The translations under genes were made by a program, and so were the position numbers. DNA of 64,000 nt from NCBI RefSeq assembly GCF_006345805.1, contig NC_043010.1:8370001-8434000 (forward strand). The letters are read 5' to 3'. Below, one piece after another: positions 27,710 to 38,974 of this stretch (the first letter of the stretch is position 1; every line of letters begins with the position of its first letter). The notes beneath the pieces were generated by a model. That model was not told the origin of the DNA. It was given only the letters and a program-made list of their open reading frames with translations, and did not search any database. Source of the DNA: Octopus sinensis (taxonomy: Eukaryota).

Positions 27710-27929
27710 ACTCTTTTACTCTTTTACTTGTTTCAGTCATTTGATTGCGGCCATGCTGGAGCACCGCCTTTAGTCGAGCAACTCGACCCCGGGACTTATT
27801 CTTTTGTAAGCCCAGTACTTATTCTATCGGTCTCTTTTGCCGAACTGCTAAGTAACGGGGACATAAACACACTAGCATCGGTTGTCAAGCAATGCTAGGG
27901 GGACAAACACAGATACACAAACACGCACA

Positions 27930-27979
<50 letters not shown>

Positions 27980-28144
27980 TACGACGGGCTTATTTCAGTT
28001 TCCATCTACCAAATCCACTCACAAGGCTTTGGTCGGCCCGAGGCTATAGTAGAAGACACTTGCCCAAGGTGCCACACAGTGAGACTGAACCCGGAACCAT
28101 GTGGTTGATAAACAAGCTACTTACCACACAGCCACTCCTGCGCC
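27710..28144 (-). mobile_element. SINE family B
   Basis: Full-length reverse copy ending ...cacagccactcctgcgcc. Confidence 0.9.
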
Positions 28145-28590
28145 TAAACATACTTACATAAATACATATGTAGGTATGTGTGTGACTATGTATACATTAA
28201 TATATGTATGTATATGTATATTAATGTACACACATACACAGATATATAGATATGTACATACACACACACACACACATGCACACATATAGGCTAATGTATA
28301 TGTACATATATGTATATGCACATGCACATCCACACACACACACACATCTTTGTTAAAATGCTAACTGATTAATCTCAATTTACTGAATATAAAAAAATTC
28401 ATTCAGTGCTTCATTAATTATTTCCTTAGTTAATCTCATATAGTTTAGACAATGGAATAAATTTGATGGTGGGAGAAAGAAGAGAAGGCTAACATCTCAT
28501 GGAGAGAGGAAGAGATGAAATGTCAACTGGAAATGAATGTTAAGTAACAAATTTATCCTACATCACTTATAACTTCATCTCTCTTTCTCT

Positions 28591-28653
<63 letters not shown>

Positions 28654-28747
28654 AATCATAGCTTTAAGTTTAATCTACAAATTTTTAATACTTTATAATG
28701 GTACAGTCATAACTAGTTTTCTCAGATTCTTTTGTTTTAAAATTTAA

Positions 28748-28968
28748 CCCTTTAGCATTTAAACCGGCCATATCCGGCCAAAAGTATTCTGCCTGTTTTA
28801 TGTTCAAACTGGCCGTATCTGGTCTCTCACACCAACCCTACAATTTCATCTTAAAAATTAACACATACCTCATCAAAATCTCATAGTTCCAAGATAATGC
28901 CTGATTAGTTCAAGGCAATGTGGATAAAAAAGCATTAACTTTGGCAGAATAATGTGAATGCTAAAGGA
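28748..28968. mobile_element. piggyBac-type MITE
   Basis: TTAA|CCCTTTAGCATT ... AATGCTAAAGGA|TTAA; a partial relative lies at about 32915-33020. Confidence 0.8.
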
Positions 28969-28978
28969 TTAACATATA

Positions 28979-29192
28979 TGACGGAGTACTGAAAAACTCC
29001 TAACTTGAAGGGTATTGTGAAAAGCTTGGCTGGAGGCCCAACCATCCGAGTTTTTTTACAGGGCTTAGAAAAACTGAGAGACTGCTGCAATAAGTGTGAA
29101 TCTGAAAGGGGAATATGTTGACTAAAATCATAATTAACTGATCCTCCGGTATTTTCTTTTACCCAAAGCCAAGAACTTTTCAGTACCTTCTA
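28979..29192 (+). mobile_element. Internally deleted mariner-type relic
   Basis: Imperfect TIRs (gtactgaaaaactcct / aagaacttttcagtac) and a C-terminal remnant FFLQGLEKLRDCCNKCE. Confidence 0.5.
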
Positions 29193-29369
29193 GTATAACC
29201 TTTGAGAAATAGTTTTATTTATTGAATATAAAACCTTCTTGGCTATTGGTTTTCAACAAACAAATCACTGGTTTACAGTATTCATGATGGTGAGAGTGGC
29301 AAAAAGCACCAATGCAAATTAAATACTACAACACTGTTATACATAATTAAAGTACCCACACATACACAT

Positions 29370-29752
29370 GGAGGCGCAATGGCCCAGTGGTTAGGGCAGC
29401 GGACTCGCGGTCATAGTATCGCGGTTTCGATTCCAGACTGGGCGTTGTGAGTGTTTATTGAGCGAAAACACCTAAAGCTCCACGAGGCTCTGGCAGGGGG
29501 TGGTGGTGATCCTTGCTGTACTCTTTCACCACAACTTTCTCTCACTCTTACTTCCTGTTTCTGTTGTACCTGTATTTCAAAGGACCGGCCTTGTCACTCT
29601 CTGTGTCACGCTGAATATCCCCGAGAACTACGTTAAGGGTACACGTGTCTGTGGAGTGCTCAGCCACTTACACGTTAATTTCACGAGCAGGCTGTTCCGT
29701 TGATTCGGATCAACCGGAACCCTCATCGTCGTAACCGACGGAGTGCTTCCAA
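29370..29752 (+). mobile_element. SINE family A
   Basis: Same A/B boxes as 26698; TSD ACACATACACAT. Confidence 0.9.
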
Positions 29753-29796
29753 ACACATACACATAAACACACTCATACACATAGACACACTCAAAA

Positions 29797-30245
29797 CAAA
29801 ACCAAGACAGGAAAAGCTTATCAGACCATTTTTAATATTTTATTTAAAGTAAAGGTGAATGAAAATAAGGAAAAGTAGAGGTAAGTAATGCCTTACAGCT
29901 GTTTCTGGGATATCCCAGGTATTGGATCGATATGTTTTAATATGTTGATCAACATCCCCCCATACACTGGGTATTCCATCATCACAGACAAGATGTGTGT
30001 GCAGGAAAATTCTAGACAAAATCTTTAAATAGATAAAAGTATAAAGCTCATAGTTCATCTTGCTCCAGAGTGTATGGGAGTTTATCCATATTTCCATAAG
30101 GATTTACCTGGGATTACATGTAAGGAGGTACACCCCAGAAAAAGCTGTAGGACATTATTTACTTCTAATTTTCCTTACTTTCATTCACTTTGACATTAAT
30201 TAAAATATTCAAAATGGTCCGATAAGCTTGTCCTGCCTTGGTTTT
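29797..30245. mobile_element. Long-TIR MITE (about 110-bp imperfect inverted termini)
   Basis: aaaaccaagacaggaaaagcttatcagaccatttt...ccttacagctgtttctggg matches the reverse complement of 30135-30245. Confidence 0.65.
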
Positions 30246-30409
30246 ATTTACCTTTACTTTTAAATTATACTCACTAACTTGGAAACCTGTTAGAGATCCC
30301 TAGCTCCAGCCTCAATTATAAACCTGGATCCTAACAGATTACCAATTACAACACTTATGCAGCATACCTATTGGTTTACATCATCAGTGACTTAAACCCT
30401 TCCTATTCT

Positions 30410-30437
<28 letters not shown>

Positions 30438-30440
<3 letters not shown>

Positions 30441-30843
30441 GGTGAATTGAAGAAATGGAGCTGAACGAAGATTGAACAGAAATCGTTTTATTTCATTCTA
30501 CATGTGTTTCGAAAGGCACAATTTACCAAAATCCGATTGAATAATGAGACCATATTGTGTCTTTCTCTTCAGGAAGAAATAGGAAATCCGTTGGAAAAAA
30601 CAAAAACAGAACAGAGGCGGAGCAAAACAAATCGAGGAGCCTAGTTCGATTTGTTTTGCTCCGCCTCTGTTCTGTTTTTGTTTTTTCCAACGGATTTCCT
30701 ATTTCTTCCTGAAGAGAAAGACACAATATGGTCTCATTATTCAATCGGATTTTGATAAATTGTGCCTTTCGAAACACGTGTAGAATGAAATAAAACGATT
30801 TCTGTTCAATCTTCGTTCAGCTCCATTTCTTCAATTCACCAAT
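30438..30843. repeat. 406-bp palindrome (198-bp arms, 10-nt loop), probably derived from a Penelope-like element
   Basis: Arms 30438-30635 and 30646-30843, loop GGAGCCTAGT; only 2 mismatches seen; left flank is (TA)n. Confidence 0.95.
30700..30792 (+). ncRNA. Type-I minimal hammerhead ribozyme motif (mirror copy on the minus strand at 30489-30581)
   Basis: Stem I TATTTC-TTC / GAA-T-GAAATA; core CTGAAGA (30709-30715); stem II GAAAGACACAAT / ATTGTGCCTTTC; GAAA (30771-30774); stem III C-ACGT-G; GUA cleavage triplet ending at 30782. Activity untested. Confidence 0.8.
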
Positions 30844-31127
30844 AATATTTAAATTCAATTATCCGCACCAACGCACGGTTGCAACACCATATGGTTGTAC
30901 CTCCAACCGTGCTGTCTTCTGCTGTGATTTTTGCTACCAAGGTATCGGTTAAACTTTTGATTAATCTGCTACAAGATTATTCATCTTTCTATTTCACATA
31001 ATATATATATATATATAATATTAATTAGAGACAAAACCACTATTTTGCAAATCAAACAAAGAAAGACTTAATCCAAAAGACTTATATATATATATATATA
31101 TATATATAAATTTATATATATATAACA

Positions 31128-31325
31128 GGAAGGTTTACGAAAATAAACAAAAGACAAAGGCAGGTGAAGTACAAACAAACAAATGTATTAGTATAGCGCT
31201 CAGGAATAGAAATAGAATAAGTCTTTTACGTTTCGAGCCTATGCTCTTCGACAGAAAGATACACAGAAAAGAAACAAGGAGAGAAACATGGAGAGAAAAA
31301 AATGCATGTAGGAGCTAACGGTCCA
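31128..31325 (-). mobile_element. (TA)n-flanked repeat with a degenerate hammerhead-like motif (Penelope-like terminus); second copy at 57265-57445
   Basis: The two copies share aaacaaaagac..gcaggtg..tgtattagtata.cgctcaggaatag...gtttcgagcct..gctcttc. Confidence 0.6.
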
Positions 31326-32139
31326 TATATATATATATATAAATTTATATAAATAAGGACAAGATTGATATTTACATACCGATCTTATCAGGTGGCCAGC
31401 ATGGGAATAAAAACCTTTCAAAGGTAATAATTATTTAAAATTATAATTTAGGGTATCTAAAAGATACCACCCCGTTGGAAATAGCAGTCAAAACTTGACT
31501 CTAAAACCACATTAGATATTCATACAGCACCAGGAGAGAAAACAAAAAGACAAAATAAACTACCAAAAAATTACTGGATAATTCCAGATCTTGGATTTCT
31601 GACTTAGCATAAGAAATGCATATGCACCTCTGTGAATGTTTATAGTCTGTGTTACTCTAAAAAGTCTCTGAGTTACAAACCATGACATTCTTAACAAATC
31701 TCTGCCAACACACGTCCAGTAACTCAGGGTAAAGATTACTGGATTGAAAACACCTAAACTTGAAAAAAAAAAGGTAAGAATAAGTAACAGGAAGTGTAGC
31801 TGCCTGTAAATAAATTACTTGACATATATATTTATTTAATAAGGAAAATTAGATGTAAAACAGATATTAATATGAACAGAGCTTCCCACAAATTTCGCCA
31901 TTTAAATTCCATTTGAATTGCATTGATTTGCCAAAGCTATTCTTGAAGATACTTGCCCAAGATGCCATGCTCTAGGACTGAATCTGTAAGTCACATGTTT
32001 ATGGTACAAATTTCTTAACTACACAACCATACATACTTATGACATAAAACTTAACTCATAGCTTTCCAAGCTGACCGTTGCATTATGATATCTCTTGACT
32101 GGTATCAATATGTTATAATTTTTACTCAACTCTTTTATA

Positions 32140-32540
32140 ATCATCTTCATCATCATCATCATCATCATTTAGCATCCGCTTTCCATGCTAGCATGGGTTG
32201 GACGGTTCAACTGGGGTCTGTGAAGCCAGAAGGCTGCATCAGGCCCAGTCTGATCTGGCAGTGTTTCTACGGCTGGATGCCCTTCCTAACGCCAACCACT
32301 TTATGAGTGTAGTGGGTGCTTTTTACGTGCCACCCGCACAGGTGCCAGACGAAGCTGGCAAACGGCCACGGACGGATGGTGCTTTTTATGTGCCACCGGC
32401 ACAGGGGCCAGGGGAGGCTGGCAACAGCCACGATTGGATGGTGCTTTCTATGTGCCACCGGCACGGGGGCCAGGCGAGGCTGGCAACGGCCATGAACAGA
32501 CGGTGCTTTTTACATGCCACCGGCACGGAGGCCAGTCTAA
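32140..32540 (-). mobile_element. RTE 3'UTR element with diverged ~60-bp internal repeats
   Basis: (CAT)n-tttagcatccgctttccatgctagcatggg... as at 1532 and 33030. Confidence 0.8.
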
Positions 32541-33025
32541 TTAAACACATCATCAACATATCTCATATAATTTAAAAAATGAATATCTAACCACTGATGT
32601 TTCAACCAGTATGAAGCTGATGTTTCAACCAAGAATTAACAGAAAACTCTTACTTAAAATCATGTAGGAAGGTTTGCAATTAAATATGAACAATTAAAAG
32701 CAGATGGTTTTATACTGTAGAACCAGAGATGGTCTGAAACTGGTTAGTTACAAATGAGTTAATATAAAACAATAATGAATTACTTTAAATTTTCAATTCT
32801 AATTTTCAAAATAGAGTAACATATCAAAAGAAAGAAGTAATATCTACAAGCTAACTTTAAGAAATCAACGAAAATTTGATACGTGTAACACAATCCTATT
32901 GTGTGAGGTGATTTAAAACCCTTTAGCATTCAGACTACTCTGCCAAATGTAATACTTATTAATACCCATTGTTTTGAATTAAGGATGCTTTATCTTGCAG
33001 CTTTGAGATTTCAATTATATCATTG

Positions 33026-33029
<4 letters not shown>

Positions 33030-33080
<51 letters not shown>

Positions 33081-33560
33081 GTTTAACATCCGCTTTCCAT
33101 GCTAGCATGGGTTGGACGGTTCAACTGGGGTCTGGGAAGCCCGAAGGCTGCACCAGGCCAGTCATATCTGGCAGTGTTTCTACGGCTGGATGCCCTTCCT
33201 AACGCCAACCACTCCGTGAGTGTAGTGGGTGCTTTTTATGTGCCACCAACACAGGTGCCAGACGAAGCTGGCGAATGGCCACGCTCGGATGGTGCTTTTT
33301 ACGTGCCACCGACACAGGTGCCAGACGAGGCTGGCGAACGGCCACGCTCGGATGGTGCTTTTTACGTGCCACCGACACAGGTGCCAGACAAGGCTGGTGA
33401 ACGGCCACGCTCAGATGGTGCTTTTTACATGCCACAGACACAGGTGCCAGACGAGGCTGGCAAACGGCCACGCTCGGATGGTGCTTTTTATGTGCCACCG
33501 ACACAGGTGCCAGACAAGGCTGGTGAACGGCCACGCTCGGATGGTGCTTTTTACGTGCTT
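33030..33560 (-). mobile_element. RTE 3'UTR element with a 5 x 63-bp tandem array
   Basis: Unit gtgctttttacgtgccaccgacacaggtgccagacgaggctggcgaacggccacgctcggatg, 33229-33557. Confidence 0.88.
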
Positions 33561-33564
33561 AAGC

Positions 33565-33920
33565 CATGCAAGTTCAGTCCCACTGTGTGGCATCTTGGGC
33601 AAGTGTCTTCTGCTATAGCCCCGGGCCGACCAATGCCTTGTGAGTGGATTTGGTAGACGGAAACTGAAAGAAGCCTGTCGTATATATGTATATATATATG
33701 TGTATGTGTGTGTGTCCTTGTGTGTCTGTGTTTGTCCCCCTAGCATTGCTTGACAACTGATGCTGGTGTGTTTACGTCCCCGTCACTTAGCGGCTCAGTA
33801 AAAGAGACTGATAGAATAAGTACTGGGCTTACAAAGAATAAGTCCCGGGGTCGATTTGCTTGACTAAAGGCGGTGCTCCAGCATGGCCACAGTCAATTGA
33901 CTGAAAGAAGTAAAAGAGTA
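33565..33920 (+). mobile_element. SINE family B, 5'-truncated
   Basis: Begins aagttcagtcccactg and ends aagtaaaagagta. Confidence 0.88.
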
Positions 33921-34149
33921 TAAAAAAAAAAGAGTAAGCTGAATGACTAAGTTAATTTTTTGTTGAAATGTTTTGCAACTTCATTCTTGCATCCACTGTC
34001 TGAACTGAACCAATGAAGGAATCTCTGTGCAGTTACTTGAAGGACAATGAATAGCAGCCAACTCTTCCTCAAATCGCACCCTTTTGTCTTAAATGAGGAA
34101 TAACACATTGGCACTTGCAGTTCTGATCTAGGTATTCTATACCGAGATA

Positions 34150-34563
34150 CTCTCTTTACTCTCTTTTACTCTTTTACTTGTTTCAGTCATTTGACTGTGG
34201 CCATGCTCGAGCACCGCCTTTAGTCGAGCAAATCAACCCCAGGACTTATTCTTTGTAAGTCCAGTACTTATTCTATCGGTCTCTTTTGCCGAACTGCTAA
34301 GTGACGGGGACGTAAACACACCAGCATCGGTTGTCAAGCAATGCTAGGGGGACAAACACAGACACATAAACATATACACACACATACATATATATATACG
34401 TATATACGACAGGCTTCTTTCAGTTTCCGTCTACCAAATCCACTCACAAGGCATTGGTCGGCCCGAGGCTATAGCAGAAGACACTTGCCCAAGATGCCAC
34501 GCAGTGGGACTGAACCCGGAACCATGTGGTCGGTAAGCAAGCTACTTACCACACAGCCACTCC
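34150..34563 (-). mobile_element. SINE family B
   Basis: Full reverse copy; inverted relative to 33565-33920. Confidence 0.9.
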
Positions 34564-35368
34564 TGGTCATGGCTGGAACACTTTTGACTGAAAATCTATG
34601 AATCTGCTCAGTTCAGCTGACCAAGGGTTAAACGACAGCAGCAATGATCTTAAAGGTATTAGAACACAGTTGAATGGCTTGCCTCAGCAGAGAGATTCAA
34701 AAGATAAACACTGGAATGGTTTCATAGTATCTTCACTAGATTCTTTGGTGGATTGAAACTCTACTCAGCAAACCAAAGAAACACTCTTCAGTTATTCACT
34801 GCTGCTTGCCTCATTGTAACCGCTTACAGCAGTGAATAGTACCTCATTGTTGCAATAACTATTTACAGCTAAGTGGTGCAGGTATTGAGAATTAAGTGTC
34901 TTTTTCATAGACAAGGCAGAGATGCAACAATAGAATATAAACAGCAGACACTTTGTCTGATATATCAGTATACTATTAACTTGCTTACAAATCTCCTTTT
35001 ATTGTACAACACATAAAACATAAAATCTATGCTACCAACTTCAATATATTGGTTATGAAATAGCCGCAAACTGGATATGATATAAAAGAGTGAGAATAAA
35101 GTAAAAGAGAATTTACCTTGATGAATGAAAATTTTTCAGAATATATGATGAGCAAATGATATTTTCTGACTATACTTGTATAAGTTAGTAATTCATGCAA
35201 GAGTATGAAGAGATTGAGATATTAACTTTGAATCGTAGTAAAACTTATTGTCATATGTATAGTTACGCAGATTGTTTCACAAGTAATATAAGCATGAGTG
35301 TTTGAATTTAACGGTGTATATAATACAATAAAGAGTCTTAACCTTGTCTAATATATATGTATATAAAA

Positions 35369-35770
35369 CTAGCAGTATCGCCCGGTGTTGCTCGGGTTTG
35401 TAAGGGAAATAACTATATAAGCATTTTCAGAGAGTTATAGCCAAAAAATAGCAAAAAAATGCATTAAAAATGGAAAAAAAATGATGGTTAATTTTTTTTT
35501 AAATCGTTGACTCACCGTAGATATTTTTAGAGAGTTACTCCCCTTATATAATAGCGAAAAAAATGGATTAAAATGGAAAAAAAATGATGGTAAATTTTTT
35601 TTTAAATCGTAGACTCATCGTTGATGCGCGCTAATACCCAGAAGGGCTCGATATGAATCACGACTATAAGATATCCGGTTTTGGTTAAACTGCACCGCAA
35701 AATGTGGGAGTAGTTAGGAATCTAAATCGGAGGAGACAGACACCATACAACTCCACTTTTATATATAAAA
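35369..35770 (-). mobile_element. Non-autonomous Helitron
   Basis: Same family as 24289; CTAG|T 3' end and hairpin present, 5' TC altered. Confidence 0.85.
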
Positions 35771-35992
35771 TATATGGACAGCCAAATGGTTACAATTTTC
35801 CACCTGCTGGACCTCATTCAGTTCCAATGAAGTTAGAGCTCTGTATGCATTCTTAAGTATACAGCTTGAAATATATTCATATATAAATGTTTATATAAAT
35901 TCAGCTGTACTCTTTATGGTGTGAATTCATATGTCCTTTGGCATGCAATATAATTTTCATTATATGTCTGTGTGTGTGCGTGTGTGTGTGAC

Positions 35993-36025
<33 letters not shown>

Positions 36026-36099
36026 ATAGATAGATGAATAAGTAGCTAGATATACACACAAATACAACCTTGTATAATATACGTTGCATCTGTAAACAT

Positions 36100-36131
36100 C
36101 TATCTATCTATCTGTCTATCTACCTGACTAC

Positions 36132-36185
<54 letters not shown>

Positions 36186-36348
36186 ATCTATCTATCAATC
36201 TATCAATCTATCTATCTGTCTATCTACCTGTCTACCTATCTATCTATCTGTCTGTCTGTCTATCTACCTGTCTACATATCTATCTATCTATCTATCGATC
36301 TATCTTTCTATCTATCTATCTATCTATCTATTTAACTATCTATCTATC

Positions 36349-36379
<31 letters not shown>

Positions 36380-36578
36380 CTATCTATCTCTATCTATCTA
36401 TCTATCTATCTTTCTATCTATCTATCAATCTATCAATCTATCTATCTGTCTATCTACCTGTCTACCTATCTATCTATCTGTCTGTCTGTCTATCTACCTG
36501 TCTACATATCTATCTATCTATCTATCGATCTATCTTTCTATCTATCTATCTATCTATCTATTTAACTATCTATCTATC

Positions 36579-36609
<31 letters not shown>

Positions 36610-36626
36610 CTATCTCTCTATCTATG

Positions 36627-36657
<31 letters not shown>

Positions 36658-36700
36658 TTATCCATCTATCTTTCTGTCTGTCTGTGTGTATATCTATCTA
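36100..36700. repeat. (TATC)n microsatellite with a 230-bp higher-order duplication
   Basis: The same variant string tttctatctatctatcaatctatcaatc starts at 36181 and 36411. Confidence 0.9.
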
Positions 36701-37169
36701 TCTTTACATACACACACACACACATATGTTTGGAGGGACAAAAAGGAGAAACAGAACTCAATACACAAATTATGTCATAGATATATTTTTTATTCACCAC
36801 ATAATTTTGAAAATAGTTTTGCAGCTAGTACACACACACACACACACACACACAAAAATATGCACACACACCTCATATACATAGATGTACACACAAACAT
36901 ATATAAATCTATGTGTGTGTTTATATGCAAATATCTATATATATACAAAACTTTTACTTAGAGTTTATATTCCAAAATATTTTTATTTTCAGTTGAAATT
37001 ATTGAAAATCTATATTGCAATATCTGAGCAAACAGATTGATACAAGACGAAAGAAAACTGAAGTAAAATGAAGTCAAGTACTAATAGACAGATGCGCAAT
37101 GATGCAAATATGTGACAAAATAAGCTCTAAACATAGTGCCAATTATCAGAAATTAATTACTGGCCCAAA

Positions 37170-37570
37170 TCTTTATATATAAAACTGAAGTTGTGTGAGA
37201 GTCTGTCTCCTCCGATTTACATTCCTAACTACTCCCACATTTTGCGGTGCAGTTTAACCAAAACCGGGTATCTTATAGTCGTGATTCATATCGAGCCCAT
37301 CTGGGTATTAGCGCACGTCTATGATGTGTCTACGATTTTAAAAAAATTTACCATAATTTTTTTCCATTTTAATGCATTTTCTTTGCTATTACATAAGGGA
37401 AGTAACTCTCTAAAAATGTCTACAATGAGTCAACGATTTAAAAAAAAAATTACCATCATTTTTTTCCATTTTTAATGCATTTTTTTGCTATTTTTTGGCT
37501 ATAACTCTCTAAAAATGCTTATATGGTTATTTCCCTTACAAACCCGAGCAACGCCGGGCGATACTGCTAG
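37170..37570 (+). mobile_element. Non-autonomous Helitron
   Basis: A|TCTTTATATATAAAA ... CCCGAGCAACGCCGGG cgatactg CTAG|T. Confidence 0.9.
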
Positions 37571-37650
37571 TTATTTTATAAAGAGTAGGTAACAGCAATT
37601 ACATAAGAAGTATCTCATTGATTTATCGATTTATGAGTATTATTATTATT

Positions 37651-38625
37651 GGGTGAGAAAGCAGTGTATGCCATGATAAGGGCACACCAAGCACATGCAT
37701 CATAATCCTATGTGTGTAATGTGGTGACCTCATATGAATATAAACAGTCCATGACCTTGCACATGGGGCTGATTTAGAATTTTCTTCAAGTCAAGTAGCT
37801 CTTCTCACTCAAAAAGTCCCTGAATAAGGATTATTTGAGGATGGTGAACAAAACATTCATATTTCCAGGGATGCATTATCCAAATCCCAAAGAAACCCTC
37901 TCAACTCATGGCTATGATTCTCACCCACTATTCCTGCTCATGATCAGAGATGCACATATCATCAGCCACTAAGGGACACGCTCAACTGATTAAGGGTCAA
38001 GCAACTGACATGCAAATCAATGACACTGAGTAGAATATTTGCTGTAGCCTATCTTTTACACAGAAACAAAACATGTACCTGTTAACACTTTCAATCAATT
38101 AAGATCAGTAGCCAATCATTATTATTATTATTATTATTGAGTGAGAGAGCAGTGCATGCCATCAAAGTGACACTGGGGTAAAATATACAAAGCCCGATAT
38201 ATACCCATCATGACTACCCGTTTGATAAGGGTACACCAGACACATGCATCACAACCATATATGTGCGACATGGTTCTTCTGGTCAAGTAGCCCACCCTGC
38301 ACAATAGGTCCCTGAATAAGGTTTGTTTTAAAGATGATGAACAAAACACCTATGTTTCCAGAGGTGAATTATCCAAATCCGAAAGAATCCCTCTCAACAC
38401 ATGGCTATGATGCTCCCCCACTACTTCTGCTCGTGATCAGAGATGCACATGTCAGAAGCCAATAAGGGACATGCTCAACTGGTTAAGGTCAAATAACTGA
38501 CAAGCAAAACTGTGGTATTGAGCAGAATATTTGTTCATCTTTTATACCAAGACAAAACAATGTACATGATAACACTTCCAATCAGTTAAGACGAGAAGCT
38601 ATGAAAGCCACTACGTAGTACTGAA
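37651..38625 (-). mobile_element. Two tandem copies of the (TTA)n-flanked ~560-bp element
   Basis: 37651-38115 (diverged) and 38139-38625 (internally deleted), separated by (TTA)n; homologous to 20114-20671. Confidence 0.8.
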
Positions 38626-38773
38626 TCATTATTATAATCATCATCATCATTATTATTATTATTATTATTATTATTGTTGTTGTTGTTGTTGTTGTTGTTG
38701 CTGTTACTATTATTATTATTGTTAATATTATTGTTGTTGTTATTATTATTATTATTATTATTGTTATTATTAA

Positions 38774-38812
<39 letters not shown>

Positions 38813-38974
38813 GTTATTATTATAATTATTATTATTATTATTGTTGTTGTTGTTATTATTATTATTATTGTTGTTGTTGTTGTTGCTGTTATTGTTATTA
38901 TTATTATTATTGTTATTATTATTATCATCATTATTATCATTATTATCATTATTATCATTATTATTATTATTATT

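Noticed and set aside
33099-33656. 185-aa ORF with a 21-aa repeat (AFYVPPTQVPDEAGERPRSDG)
   Set aside because: It is the antisense reading of a 63-bp tandem array in an RTE 3'UTR; similar peptides recur at every copy of the element.
34793-34838. 12-bp stem hairpin tattcactgctg...cagcagtgaata as a pre-miRNA
   Set aside because: The stem is too short for a ~22-nt duplex and there is no expression evidence.
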